DNA of 64,000 nucleotides from Isurus oxyrinchus (lineage: Eukaryota). The notes below the pieces were generated by a model that had not been told where the DNA came from, searched no databases, and was given only the letters and a program-made list of their open reading frames with translations. The position numbers and the translations under genes are program-made. Of this stretch, positions 1 to 12,573 are shown piece after piece (position 1 is the first letter of the stretch; each line of letters begins with the position of its first letter). The DNA is taken from positions 248,001 to 312,000 of the forward strand of contig JANJGN010000210.1 of the NCBI GenBank assembly GCA_026770705.1, read 5' to 3'.

Positions 1-190
1 ACACACTTCAGGAGAGGAGAATAAACAAACGCCGTCGAGGGGAGAATTTCTGCTTCTATCGAATCTGTCAAGAAAATCAGCCGGTTAAAGATCTCCAAAC
101 TACAATGGAGCAACTCCGCTGTGTCTTACTGTGCACTGAGTCGGCGTGCAGCACAGTGATACAGAGAATGGAGAGAGCTGTAGAAAAGCC
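1..190 (+). pseudogene. 3' part of a NAR-TCR supporting TCR-delta V with 23-RSS; 1-bp frameshift
   Basis: Near-identical to 40565-40755. Ends ...SNSAVSYCALSRRA; heptamer CACAGTG 152-158, 23-bp spacer, nonamer AGAAAAGCC 182-190. AATAAACAAACGCC here vs AATAAAGAAAACGCC in the paralog is a 1-nt deletion. Confidence 0.85.
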
Positions 191-932
191 TGAACATGGT
201 GGGATTACAGAAGGACCAACAGTAGCTGAATCTCCTTCAACACTCGTGCAATAGCCTACGGGATGGTACCAACTGCTATCAACACACAGCCCCCCTCCCT
301 CCTCCCCACCCCGTGATGTTAACCTGGGTCCACCCGACATCACCACCCCCACAGCCTCCCGGCCCGGGACCTTTACCCCCTTTCCCATTCTGTCAGTATC
401 GCCCTGTTTTCTCCTCCTGGATATTCAGGGATTTGTACCCTCCCCAATGCACCCAGCACCACATAATAAAGTCACGTCCTGTGTATTCACCGGCCTGATC
501 CATCTCCCAGACAAGGGAGCAGCTTTGCCCAGAGATGGGGAGGGGGTGGGTAACATGGATCTTGTGATCAGGTTTAACCGCGTGCAACATACGGAACAAC
601 GGGACAAGGTTGATTGTGGAAACCAGTAATTCGGTCATTGTGGATCACTCCACATCTTTTATTTATTTAATTTTCATTCTCTTTCCCTCCTCTGAACTGA
701 CTTAGATGTTAAGCCTCGGAGTTAATTCATGTGTCAGTGATGTAAACGGGATTTGGGGTGAGGAGCTGTCGTTGGGGGTCGGATGGGGGTGGGTGCGAGG
801 GAGGGGGTGCCGATTGATTGGATCTATCCCAGAAAGTAGATGCCAAACCTTGTGCATCGCGATTCCAATGGTCCCCCCCCACTCCCCCAAGGCTTTAACA
901 GGCCTTTAATCACCAAGTCAGGCATTATTGAA

Positions 933-1020
933 TGTGTGTCCATGTATGCGTGTGTGTCTGTGTGCGCGTGTGCGTGTGTGTGTGTGTGTGTGTCTGTCTG
1001 TCTGTCTGTCAGTGTGTGTA
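933..1020. repeat. (TG)n/(TCTG)n microsatellite (paralog 41680-41778)
   Basis: Directly visible. Confidence 0.9.
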
Positions 1021-2224
1021 TGCACTAGCGGGGGAAGTTTCACTTGAGCTGGGGGGTTGTGCACTGCACTGGTTAAGGGCTCCAGTCTCGAAATATTCGA
1101 AGCTTCAATGTCCCCAAAGTACAGGGTCGGTCAGGGTTCGGTGTTGGGGTCGTGGGATGGTACAGCCTGGACGGTGGGAACCATTAAGGACATAATAAAT
1201 AGGAGCAGCATTGAGCAGTTCAATAAGATCATGACTGAGATTTGACCTCAATGTCCTCTTGGCCTGTCCCAATATCATTGATCCCTTTAGCGCCACCTCC
1301 CAAAATATCTATCCATCACCAAATGAAAATCCATCAATCACCATTTTGAATATGGGCAACTGCTGAACATCCTGAACCCTCTGGGCTGGAGAATTGCAAA
1401 GGCCCGCAGCCCTCTGAGTGAAGGGATATCTCCTCAACTTAAGCCAAAATGGCCGACTTTTAACCCTGAGACGAGGACCAGAGTATTTAAAGTTCCACTT
1501 GAAGGTGTTAGTTGTTTTGTGTGTGTATGCGTGTGCCTGTGTCTGAATTCTAATGTTAAGGAGACTCCGGGAAATTAGAAGTCATGTTTATGTTGCATTG
1601 TGTAATGTGGCCCAAAACTCTTTGCTCCATTAACCCAGGCAGCCATATATTGCATCAAATATCGCAGTGTCGAGGAACAGTTGCCGATGGTGGGGTGGGT
1701 GATGTACATTGTCTTTGCTTCCAATTCTACTGAAACCCCACTTGCAGCATATTTGTAATGCGTTGAGAATTTCATTTGAAAGTAAAAAAGAGGATTCTCC
1801 CCACCCTCTGCCTCGCTTGGATTTGTCAATTGAGAAATCGCGGCCATGATTTCTTATGGTGCAAAATGGAAGGAGAGCTGCGAATCATCTCCAAGATTGC
1901 AGGGTTTGAGGACTAACTGTTTAACCCAAGCAAACTGCAGAAAATAGCATTATGTGGTGGGACTTAGTGATCTGGCCAGAAGAGTGCCGAATGCCATTTG
2001 AAGTTTATTGGCGTGTCATTGAGTTTTCAGATGGAGTTTTGTCATTGTGTATTCGAGTGTTTTTAGACCATTAATATTCGGAACAGGAACCAAACTGACT
2101 GAGGAACTTAGTGAGTATAACCTGTTGGTATCTATTTGAAAAGACTCATTTGGCAAACAGAAATTATTGCAAAAAGGGGGGCGGGGGGCAGTGAATTTCA
2201 AACTGCCGTCCAGAATGATGAACC

Positions 2225-3088
2225 TAGGGAATTTATTTGCAGGGGGGGGGGGGGGGGGGCGGTGGTAATTTGTGGAGGGGAGAATTTGGGCCTGGGGGGT
2301 AAATTTGCGGGGGGTAAATTTGCACGGTGTGGAATTTGTGGGGTGACAGAATCTGCAGGGGGAATTTACACAGGTGGAAAATTGCGGGGAGAGAGAATTT
2401 GCACGGGGGAAACTTGCACATGGGGGAAATTTACATGGGTTGAATTTGTGGGTGTGGAATTTGCACAGGAGGGAATTTGCCGGGCGGGAAGACATTTGTA
2501 CAAGGAGAAATTTAAGGTGGGGGAAATTTTCACAGCGGAAAATTTGTGAGGGGGGAGTTTGCACAGAGGGAAAATCGCACTAGGGAATTTGCAGCGGGGA
2601 GATAATCTGGAGGGGTAAATTTGCAGTGCAAACTTGCAAGTTGGGAGATTTGCAGGGGGAAATTTTTCAGGGGGAGTAAATTTGCATGGGGGAGAAATTT
2701 GCGGGAGGTGGAAATTTGCACAGGGCCAATTTGCGGGGAGAGAATTTTGCATGTGGGGAAACTGTGGGGCTGGAAAGGAGAATAGAACCTACAGGGGCTG
2801 AATTTGCGGAGGGGAATTTGTGGGGAAGTAAGTTTGCACAGTTTGTAATTTGCACAGAGGGGAATGTGCGGGGGGAGGTCGAATTTGTGGATGTGGTATT
2901 TGCACATGAGGGAATTTGCACAGGGTGGAAGTTGCAGGTGGGGGAAATTTGCACATGGAGGATTTTGCCGGGGGGGAGGGTGGATTTGTGGGGTAGAAAG
3001 AACCTGCAAAGGGGATTTTGCACTGGTGGAAAACTGCGGGGAGGGGGACTTTGCAAGGGCGAGAATTTGCAGGGGCGTAAATCTGTGG
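2225..3088 (+). repeat. Degenerate G-rich tandem repeat, unit about 15-20 bp (AATTTGCA + G-run)
   Basis: Reiterated (G/A)AATTTGC(A/G)-GGGG motifs; one perfect ATTTGCAT at 2680-2687. Confidence 0.85.
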
Positions 3089-3762
3089 GAGAGAAAGAAA
3101 AAATAGAGATAGAAGAAAGAGAAAAAGAGACATAGGAGAGACAGAGAAAGAAGAAAGAGAAAGAGAGAGACAGAGAGAAAGGGAGAGAGAGACAGAGAGA
3201 AAGAAAGAGAGAGACAGAGGAAAAGAGACAGAGAGAGAAGATGCTCAATTGAAAGAGAGAGAAAGAAGCAGAAAGGCAGAGAAAACTATAGACATGTCCT
3301 GAAATAGACGTGCATCTGACGAATGAGGGCTTGTGGTGTGACCAGCAAGAGGGTTAGGGTGTGACAAACAGAATAATAAATTAGGTGGGTTGTCGGATGC
3401 ATAAGTTGTTGGATGAACAGATGGGCAGAAGGATGGACAGAAGGATGGATGGATGGACGGGTGGATGGATGGATGGATGGATGGATGGATCGATGGACGA
3501 TGGATGGCCGGATGGATGCATGCACAGATGGACGTATGGGCGGATGGACTTATGGATGGGTGGGCGGGTGGACAGATGGACTGAAGGAAGGAGGGACAGG
3601 TGGATGGGCGGATGGATGGATGGACGGAGAGGAGGATGGATGGATGGATGGATGGATGAAAGGGGAGATGGATAGAAGGGCGGCCTGGTGCATTAATGGA
3701 TGGCTGGATGTGCGGGCAGATGCAAAGGGGTGAAAGTGAATGACGGCTGGATAGATGGATGG
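3088..3762. repeat. (GA)-rich tract (3088-3285) and (GGAT)n-type microsatellite (3395-3762); paralog 43836-44525
   Basis: Directly visible low-complexity sequence. Confidence 0.9.
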
Positions 3763-3959
3763 ACCTAATTAATTGTTCATTTTAATTTAGATGAAGCTTA
3801 CAACTGCTTTCCTTAAACTTCGGTACTTGGGCCAGTGATGTATGCATAATAATTATTTGTAAACCGTAATCCAATAAGCATATTAATGTAATAACTTATC
3901 CCTGGTATAGTTGGTTTAGGCTTTGCAGATGACGGGGATCTCGCTTTGTAATAAACAAT

Positions 3960-4760
3960 CGGGCAAATGTAACAAACTTCAGGAGGACATGGACATTTCA
4001 ATTTGCCTGGACTGTATCAGATGGTATTTGTGAAATGATGCATATTGGTGGGAATAATGAGGATATCCGATATAAACTAAATGATGCAATTTGATCAGCG
4101 CTGTAGGAACAGAGAGATGGATACGGTGCAATGTGCTCAAAACTTTGAAGTTGGCAGTGATGGCTGAGAATCCTGTAAAGAACATTTTAAGTTCTTGCTT
4201 TTATCAAGAGGAAAAAGCTGCTATGCTAAACATTTCTACAAAGCTGGTAAGGTCTCAGTTGGACTGTTATCTACGAATATCTGAACCACACACGATAAAT
4301 GATTTGAGGGTCTTGGAGAAGGTGCGGGAGAGATTTACTTGGAAGGCACAACTGATGAGGGTCTTTAGCTTTGTGGTGAGACTGGAGAATCTGTGGCTGT
4401 TCTCTGTACAACATAAAAGATTGGGAGGAGATTTGTTTGCGATATTGACAATTATTAACTGTTTTAGTTGAATAAATGAGGGAAGTTGCATCTAGTGGTG
4501 GAAAGCTCCAGAATCAGAGGACTTGGACTTAAGTTCATTTACAAAAGAATCAGAGGGAATCCGAGCAGCCATTTATTTGCACTCTGAGTTGTTGTGCTGC
4601 GGAATAAGCTGCTGGATATGTTGGTGGAAGCAGCTTCAATATCAAATGTCAAAAACATAATTGGGTAACTGCTTGAAATGGGAAACTTTGCAAGGCAAAG
4701 GGGAGCAAACAGTGTAGTGGGAACAATTTGGTGCCCCTACCAAAGAGGCTACATAGACAT
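3960..4760 (+). mobile_element. Degenerate CR1-type LINE 3' fragment (paralog about 44720-45520)
   Basis: Translates to CR1 C-terminal-like LVRSQLDCY, LEKVRERFT, LENLWLFS, RLGGDL. Confidence 0.7.
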
Positions 4761-4874
4761 GATGTGCTGTATGGCCTCATTCGATGATGGTGCGATGAAG
4801 GAAACGAACAAGCATTCATTGATGTCTCTCGGACCTAAACATCCATTTGTATTCTGTTCATTGAATATTCGAAG

Positions 4875-5218
4875 GTCTGTGATGCTCAAATATAATTAAG
4901 CAACCTGCATCATCAGTATTATGTATAGTGGAAGGACATATGGTGTTGTCCTGTTCATACTACACGGACAGCCGCCGATATGATCTGTTCTAGTACAGAC
5001 AAAGAACGGGGGAGGCGCCGGTGCTTTTAATCAAAATGAATTCTGAGGGAGGGCAGGAAGCAGGGCGTGTTGGAGGCCGAGTCTATTCAATACCCCGAGT
5101 ATCTGACCGTTTTTTCAGCTTACCCCTGACAGATGTTGAGCTGAGTGCCAGTGGGATTTACTACTGTGTGCTGAATATTCGCAGTGATACAAACTAATAC
5201 AGGCCCTGTACGGAAACT
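4875..5218 (+). pseudogene. TCR Valpha/delta pseudogene with 23-RSS
   Basis: Reads QPASSVLCIVEGHMVLSCSYYTDSRRYDLF*YRQRTGEAPVLLI...DVELSASGIYYCVLNI, with the conserved Trp as TAG. CGCAGTG 5180-5186, 23 bp, ACGGAAACT 5210-5218. Confidence 0.85.
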
Positions 5219-7690
5219 ATCGGTGGGTTGCCATACAACCTCAATGATGGTAGTTCAGTGTGTGAACTCTGAATCTTCGCCTCTGAAAGAACCAGTAACT
5301 TCCGATTGGAAACAGTGAAAGTAGAGCCTGTTATAGGGAAAGCGAAAGTCAAGGAAAGTAGAAAGAAAGAGAAAAAGTGAGAGAGAGAGAGAGAAAGAGA
5401 GGAAAATATGCCGAGACACTGAAAGATACAGAGGATGGAGACAAAGATTGACGCAGAGAGCAGAAAGTGTGTGAATGAGAGAGAGAAAGAGAGAGGGAGG
5501 GTGAGACTGCGAGAGACAACCGAGGGAGGCACAGGCAAAGCCAAACATTTAAATGGAGAAGGAGAAAGCGATTGACAAAGCGTGAGAGGGGCAGACAGAG
5601 AAAGGGACAGATATAGAAAGATATAGAGGCAGAAAGAAACAGACAGACAAGGAGAGAGAGAGTCCGCAGCTTATTCTATAAAACCCTCAGGTTCAGTTAT
5701 TGATTTCCAGCTAACTGTGCTTTAATTTTGTCCCATTGTGTGATTTCAATGTGACTAAATCCGGTTCTACTGATCAACGGACATCGAGCTGTCGGCAACC
5801 GCACTGCAGAAACCACTCGTTTTACTGTGATGTTTGAAATAAGGAAACTGAACAGTGAAAACGGTTAAAAGCTGCACGTTTCTCAGGCACTGGGGTTAGA
5901 AAGTTAGAAAAGTGTTTTATTGAGAGCGGCAGTTTCTAGCATTCCCCCTCACCTCCTTTTATTTATTAGTTGTTGTTATTGAACTATGAGAAAATGGGGA
6001 GATGTAACACAGAAATAGAAGGGGTTCATACACCAGCCCATTTTATGTCATTGCTTTGTTAAACACTACTGTATTTAATGTTTTTAATCAATTGCCTTCA
6101 ATTAAATCCCATTTGTCTTCAAACACCAATTTTCCAAGATTGCCTTCTAAACCCCTCAACTCATCCCTCATTGTCACACACTCTGCCAAAATGTCTTTGT
6201 TTACATAAATTGCTCGTTATTTCCCTGTCAGTCCAACATTCTCTCTTTCTGTGTATCTGAATCTCTCCCTCTCTGCATCTCTCTCCATCGGAAAAACCTA
6301 TCTCTGCATCTGAAGACATTATATTCCTGTATAGGAACAAGAGGAGGCCATTCAGCCCCTCCAGTCTGCTCGACATTTACTAAGAGAATCTTTGATCTGC
6401 CCAAGAACTTCAATACCTTACCTCCATTTTCCTTAATCAACAAAAGTGGGAGCAGCACTGGTAAAGAAACTCGTAGAAATGGAGTTCAAACGCACATGAG
6501 CATTCATGTATTCAATTTTATGTTAATTTTCTCAATCACTGGACCATCCTGCTTCACTGCTTTACCTGCCCAGCGTTCAATCAACTAGATGATTAGTTGG
6601 TTTCAAAACTTATTTTACCCCTAACCCCATCTCAAAGCATTACTACGTTATGGTCAGCAATGCCCAGATGTTCTTCTGGCTTTACTTCTCACCCTAATTT
6701 GTTTCACTCCCCGTTACCTTGCTGTTCTTCGTTTTTTGCATTTTGCTTTATAAAGACAACAGTGCACCCTGTGGGAACTCTATTCCCTTAGCCCCTTTAC
6801 ATACTTCTGGTGAAGTAATACTAGGTAGTGCACGCACTATTATTAATATTCTGTTTACTATATTCCTTAATTTGTCTGCATATTTCTTTCTTCAACTCCC
6901 TTCAAGACGCAAATCAATTCAGAGATAGAGATATGGAAATAAAGAGCTACAGAGTGACACAAAGACACTCAAAGAGAGCGAGAAAAATGGAAAAGGAGAG
7001 AGAGAGAGACACCGAGAGACAGAAGGTCCAAATACTGAGTTTTAATATAACAGTTAACACTGCGCTCAGGTTGCGAATTCAGTCCCATCTTCCGGCTCTG
7101 ATTTGCAATAGAGAAAGAAAAAAAGCATGCATTTATAAAGCGCCTTTCATGACATCAGAACTTTACAAAACACTTAACAGTCAAAAAAGGCTCTAGAGTG
7201 TCTTTATGTGGGAAAAATGACAGGCAATTTACACACGGAAAGCTTCCATAAACAACAAGGTGAGAATGACCTGGTGATTTACTTCTGTGATGTTGATTTG
7301 GGGGCGGGGGTGGTGTTGGTTGGGTAGGAGGGGGGGGGGATGAAAATTGATATACAACCTGTCAGTCAGTCATCGAAGCTACCATTTCCACTCATGCCTC
7401 GCAGAGATGTAAATTCCTACGCATGCTTCAGATGGTTCCCTCATGTAACTCGACTGTTCACGTGGAGGGTGTGTTGTGTCCCATACCATGTGGTCCAGGA
7501 TTTATGAAGTTACTGTTGTGGGCCTGAGACTCTGTTGTTACTGTGTTTCTTATTTTGATAACATGTTGCCTTACCTGTTTGACACCGATATTCATGACCA
7601 TTCAACCCACTGAGGAAATGGGGCCCTTGTTTCAGGATCCACCGGGCATCACGGTGAGTTATGGAGGCAGTGCAATCCCCACCATGTTCA

Positions 7691-8029
7691 TGTATTCGTA
7701 CAGATGTCTCCATGCTCTGTATCACCGCGCTATGCGTCGACTCAGTGCACAGTAATACATTGCGGAGTCACTCAGTTGTGGTTTGGAGATCATTAACTGG
7801 CTACTTTTCTCGGCCGAATTGATAGAAGCAGAAATTCTCCCCCTGGCAGCGTTTTCTTTCTTCTCCTCTCCTGAAGTGTGTCGCTCAAGCAGGTATTCCT
7901 GTCCTGGAGATTGACAGTACCAGTGTACTGTGTACTGACAGAACCCTGAGTATTCACAGTTTAAAGTAACGGGGTCACCGGCAGCAGAGGCTTGGAAATG
8001 CGGACTCTGGGATACCAGAGAACTGGAAT
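7691..8029 (-). pseudogene. Leaderless NAR-TCR supporting TCR-delta V (inverted cassette, copy A); ORF open, RSS degenerate
   Basis: Acceptor CCCTACAG. DSSSLVSQSP...LNCEYSGFCQYTVHWY...DSAMYYCALSRR with the extra CDR1 Cys. Heptamer CGCGGTG 7723-7729, 23 bp, ACGAATACA; 2-codon FR2 deletion. Confidence 0.85.
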
Positions 8030-10559
8030 CTGTAGGGTCAAAAATAAACATTATTTGTCGGCGTAACCACTGTTTTCCCGGGGGAATTTGTTAATAGCTC
8101 TTGATTTTGCGGTTTCCTTCACTTGGTGCCTGTTCGAACTGTATTCACGGTTATTAAATGTGGTCAAGATGATACATGAGGATGATAATTTATTTTGCAG
8201 AGCAAGTTATTCACATCTGGAATGCACGGTGAAAATGGGTGATAGGAGCAGATTCAACAGTAACTTTCAAAAGGATGATGGATCTGTGCTGGAACAGGGA
8301 TAAATGCATGTCTACGGGGAAAATGTCTGGTTAATGGGGACAATTGGATTGCACTTTTAAAGGGGCAGCCAATGCACAAGTGCCTGAATGTCATCCTTCC
8401 GTGTTGGATGTTTCTGTGATGTATATTAAATTTCTATTTGTATTTTCTTTGGTGAGAGACAAACCCGAAGGAATGTCTTATTATCAATGACGTAATCAAT
8501 TACCAAAAATAGTTAATCGGTAGCGACACAGCTGCGTTGCATCACTGCACACAGCAAGATCCAACAAAAAGCGATGAGCTTAATGATCCGATTGGGCCAA
8601 ACTGATAGTGAACATCAATGGTCAAAGGTCAATTATTTACTGCAGTTTAACACTGCTCTGGAGTTTCAATCTGCCGTTCCTTCCATTTCCCTATTTTCAT
8701 CCATCAACAGGGTCTAACTTATTCCATTTCCATTTAACTTGAAATCTTTACATTCAGTTCCCCTTCATTTTTACATTTCCTTTGTGCTGTTTGCGCTTCT
8801 TACAACCGTGGGAACTTGTCCCAAAGTCTCTCAGTTGTCGGTTTGTTTCAGTCTGTTCAGTTTCCACAGTGGTTTTACTGTTACTTACTGGGAACTGCTT
8901 CTTCCGGCTCTCTGACAATTTAAGTTCTTTCCGCCCATTGACTGATTCTGTCCCGGGTGCTCTGGGCGGAGATTTCACTAGGTTTTACATTGTACAGGAT
9001 CTGCAGAAGATGAAAACGCTATTCGGTCCAACTGAGTAATGGTGAAATGATGATTGCAGCAAGCAATGTTTGACTTCCAGGTCTGGATAATTCAGAGTTT
9101 CCAGTTCCAGTGATAAAACATGAAGCCACACTCAGAGGGACAATGAAATGGGTGTGGACACTGTGTTTGGGACATGGTTTAAAGCTCACATTCACTGCCT
9201 TGGTGAAATCTTGTCATTGTGTATAAACTGCCCTGGATCAAACAACACATTCTGTTGAAATAAGCCTTGCTGCTGGAAACTGAAGGGGAGAAGGACATGT
9301 GGCTGCTGAATAATCCAGGCAGCTAACCAAAGGGCAGAAAATGGCCAAGGAACGACTTCAGGAGCACAGGCCTCACACGGTTTCGGCCGAACGTACATCA
9401 CTCAAACGTGGTCGACCTTTGAGTAGCTCCCGATGAGCTGCCGCTGATCCCCGATGTGCAATCGGAGACATAAACCTCATCTGATTCATCGGAAAAGAAA
9501 AGAAAGATCTACAAAGACCTTTCTGCTTCATACACAAGTTTTGCACGTTAAATATTGTCCAAATTCTTTCCGATTTTGAATACTACTGCCCTGAAACAGC
9601 GCAGAACAGTGCATGACATAAACATGTTTTGCCTCAGATCTACCACAAATACAATTTGTATTTTAAAACACATTTAACCAAATGAGATGTCCCTTCAGCA
9701 GGTAGTGGCAGTGATCTGCGTGCAACATGAATTCTGAGAGGCCGATGTGGCCGATTACACGAGTCATCGTCTGCAATGTGGGAACACTGATACATATTGC
9801 TATCATTATTACTAATACTCAGATTGTGGTAGCTTAAATTTAGGAGACCAAGGTTCTGTAAAAGTAATCGTACGGTGAAGGATTAATTGAATGATTTTCA
9901 ATCAGTATTTGTTTGCAAAACAAGAACATAATTTCTTCTATCAATAGGTTTCATTTTTCTCCTTTACATGTATTTTTATATATTTACATTTAGTTTCATT
10001 TTATTTTTCCATTTCCTTTGTACTGTTTGCACATCTTGCATGGGAAGGTAGCAATCGTGGGAACTTGTCCTAAATTCTTTCAGTTGTCGGTTGGATTCAG
10101 TCTGTTCAGTTTCTGCAGTGGTTTTACAGTTACTTACTGGGAACTGCCTCGTCCGCCCTTCGGACAATTGCAAATTTCTTCCGCCCATTGACTGATTGAC
10201 GGGTTGTCTGATTGGTGTTTTCCCTAAGTTTTACTTTACACAGAATCTGCCTGAAGAGGAATAATCCATTCGGCTCAAATGATTTATCCCTGTGTATTTA
10301 CTGCAGACCAGCCCCCATCTGCCTGAAATCTAATTGTCAAATTCTAGTCAGCTCCCTGTGCCAGTCTGTTCCGTTCTCCCTTCTGTATTTTCAAGTATTC
10401 CCATAATTGTATCAATACTATTTGCTCCAACCACTCCCTGGGCAGCAAGTTCCACATTTTGACCTGCCTGTTTTTACACATCTTCTTCATCGTGTCTTTA
10501 TTTGTTTTGTTTTTGACTATCTTATGTTAATGGCACTAGCTTCACCCACAAATAAACGG

Positions 10560-11270
10560 CTATTCCACAAATACTCCAATGAACCCGTCCATTGCTTAAA
10601 CGATTTCTATGAATTCTCCTCCTATTTCTCTGTTCTCCAGATACAAGAGACCCGGCCTGTTCAACCTCTGCACAAAGAGGTGGATTGTTCCTGATTTCTT
10701 TTCTCAGAGGTGTAACAGATCAAAGCAGTTAATATAACAAACAGAAGCACGAGCGACCATGTTACCTTTCAAAACTTTTCCGCCATTCAGTAATAGCCTG
10801 ACTCATTCTCGATTTCAACATCGCTTTGGCGCAATGTCCCCATATCCGTTGATTCTTTTAGCATCCCAAAATTCATTGAACACTTCCTTTAATACACTCA
10901 ACTACAGGTCTCTGAGGTAGAGAATGTCACAGATTCACAACAATGATTTCACTGAATAACTTTCTCTTCTCATTTCTCATGGCCGTATCCTTACTCTGAA
11001 ACTGTAACCCGTAGTTATGGACTTAACACCCTGGGGAAACACCCACCGAGAATCTATACTGTCCTGGAAGTTAAATGTTCCAATGAAATTACATGTCATT
11101 CCTCTAAACTCTTGGGAACATAGGCCCAGGCTACTCAACCTCCTCTTACAGGACAATCCCTTTATCTCACGAATCAGGCTGATGAACCTTTGTTGCACTA
11201 GCTCCAAGACAAGCAGGTCCTTCCTTAAGTAAAGAGATCATAACTTTACACAACATTCTAAACTGGAGTC
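10560..11270 (-). mobile_element. CR1-type LINE 3' remnants in the J to supporting-V intron (homologous to about 38420-39150 and 51220-51930)
   Basis: ORF 10977-11207 reads ELVQQRFISLIREIKGLSCKRRLSSLGLCS, a CR1 C-terminal pattern. Confidence 0.7.
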
Positions 11271-12168
11271 CATTTCAGTCATTCCTCCATGCACCTCATC
11301 AACTAACATGGGCTCGGATTGTAATTTGAATGGGCCAGAGATCCTCCAATCCTTCTCTCCCTTTCGATTAATTATTTCTTGCTGCTTCTAAATGAACATT
11401 CCCCCAGATTGTAAATGTTTCCCAAGGTCCCTGTTCTCCTTTATAAGATTAATACACAATCCTCAGTCTCTCAGTGCGCTGTGCTGTTTTAATTAACAGT
11501 AATCAGGGACACAGATAAATTACAGCAATCCCATTTCTCAAACATTTACATTCAATATAGAGAAATGTCTGCAATTCCAAACCTGCACATCTGACAGCGG
11601 AAAAGGAGGAAAGTGATTGGTTATATGATGGCAATTGAGAGAAGTGGCGGGGCAATGTCACTAATTTTAGTCACTGGTTGCCCAATCATAAAATTCCATC
11701 TGGACCCACATCAGGGTCTTATATCTGAAGTCCCTTGTGTCACTCTCCCATTTGTCTCCTGGGTCAGGTATTGAACGAGCCGCTGCAGGTATCCGAACTG
11801 GCCATAGTTGTGTTGAGTTTATTCACTCGGTACCTCATTTACATTGCTCAGGTCGGACTGCAATCTGCTGCCCAGTAGAGAGATCTGTGACCTCGCTCCC
11901 GGGCTCTAAGGGACAGACAGAGTGCCCTTGGTCACAGTTAACACCAGGAGTGGAGTCCGGATTGTCGACAATCTGCTTTCATTAAAAACGATTCAGAGTG
12001 TGAGAGTCCGTGATGTTGATGTTGTCCCCGATGTGCCCATTAAACCAATAATGGTCCAGATTCTGTCAACTCCCACATCTCACCCAAACTCCACTGATAT
12101 CAATAATAAACTGTAGGTGAACATTACCCGAGACAGGCTAAAACCCGGCGGGGTTTGGAGTCACTTAC

Positions 12169-12260
12169 CGGCTGTGACAGTCACCACCGTCCCGGATCCA
12201 TCCACATAATCTTATTTTCAGCACAGTGATCCCGCTCTCAGTCTCTCCGGTACAACAATC
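12169..12260 (-). other. NAR-TCR J segment with 23-RSS (inverted cassette, copy A)
   Basis: J 12221-12169 encodes ..DYVDGSGTVVTVTA followed by GTAAGT. Heptamer CACAGTG 12222-12228, 23 bp, ACAACAATC 12252-12260. In-frame TGA/TAA lie in its first 10 nt. Confidence 0.9.
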
Positions 12261-12573
12261 ATTGACACCTCAAACTGCAGGGAAATCATCATCAGACAGT
12301 AGAAACTGCCCAGTTATTGAGCGGATTAAAATAAGTGTAAAATATTCAATGTTTCGAAGCTTCTGTCGGTTCAAACTGTTCTTTGTGAGGCCCTGAGCTC
12401 TGAGTAAATGGCCCCGGGAAGGAGATGTTTGCTTCATATAAACCGAGAAATTATCAAAGAAAGATAACTGAATGGTGGAAATTACAAGAAATATAACCAG
12501 ATAACAGTGATAATAACATCAACCCGACAATTTCCTATCCGGGCCCAGAGAATTTAAACAGTGATCGTACAGA

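Noticed and set aside
2016-3248. Many overlapping 100-260 aa ORFs here and at 42849-43999
   Set aside because: They are artefacts of a stop-poor G-rich repeat and GA tract; the translations are low-complexity.
3385-3733. MDGW-rich ORFs
   Set aside because: Translations of a (GGAT)n microsatellite.
8864-8900. CACAGTG in the intronic repeat as an extra RSS or D
   Set aside because: No nonamer at 12 or 23 bp, and the heptamer is not conserved in the other copies.
9340-9500. Faint U1 snRNA-like words on the minus strand
   Set aside because: Only a short patch; no 5' ATACTTACCTG or correctly placed Sm site.
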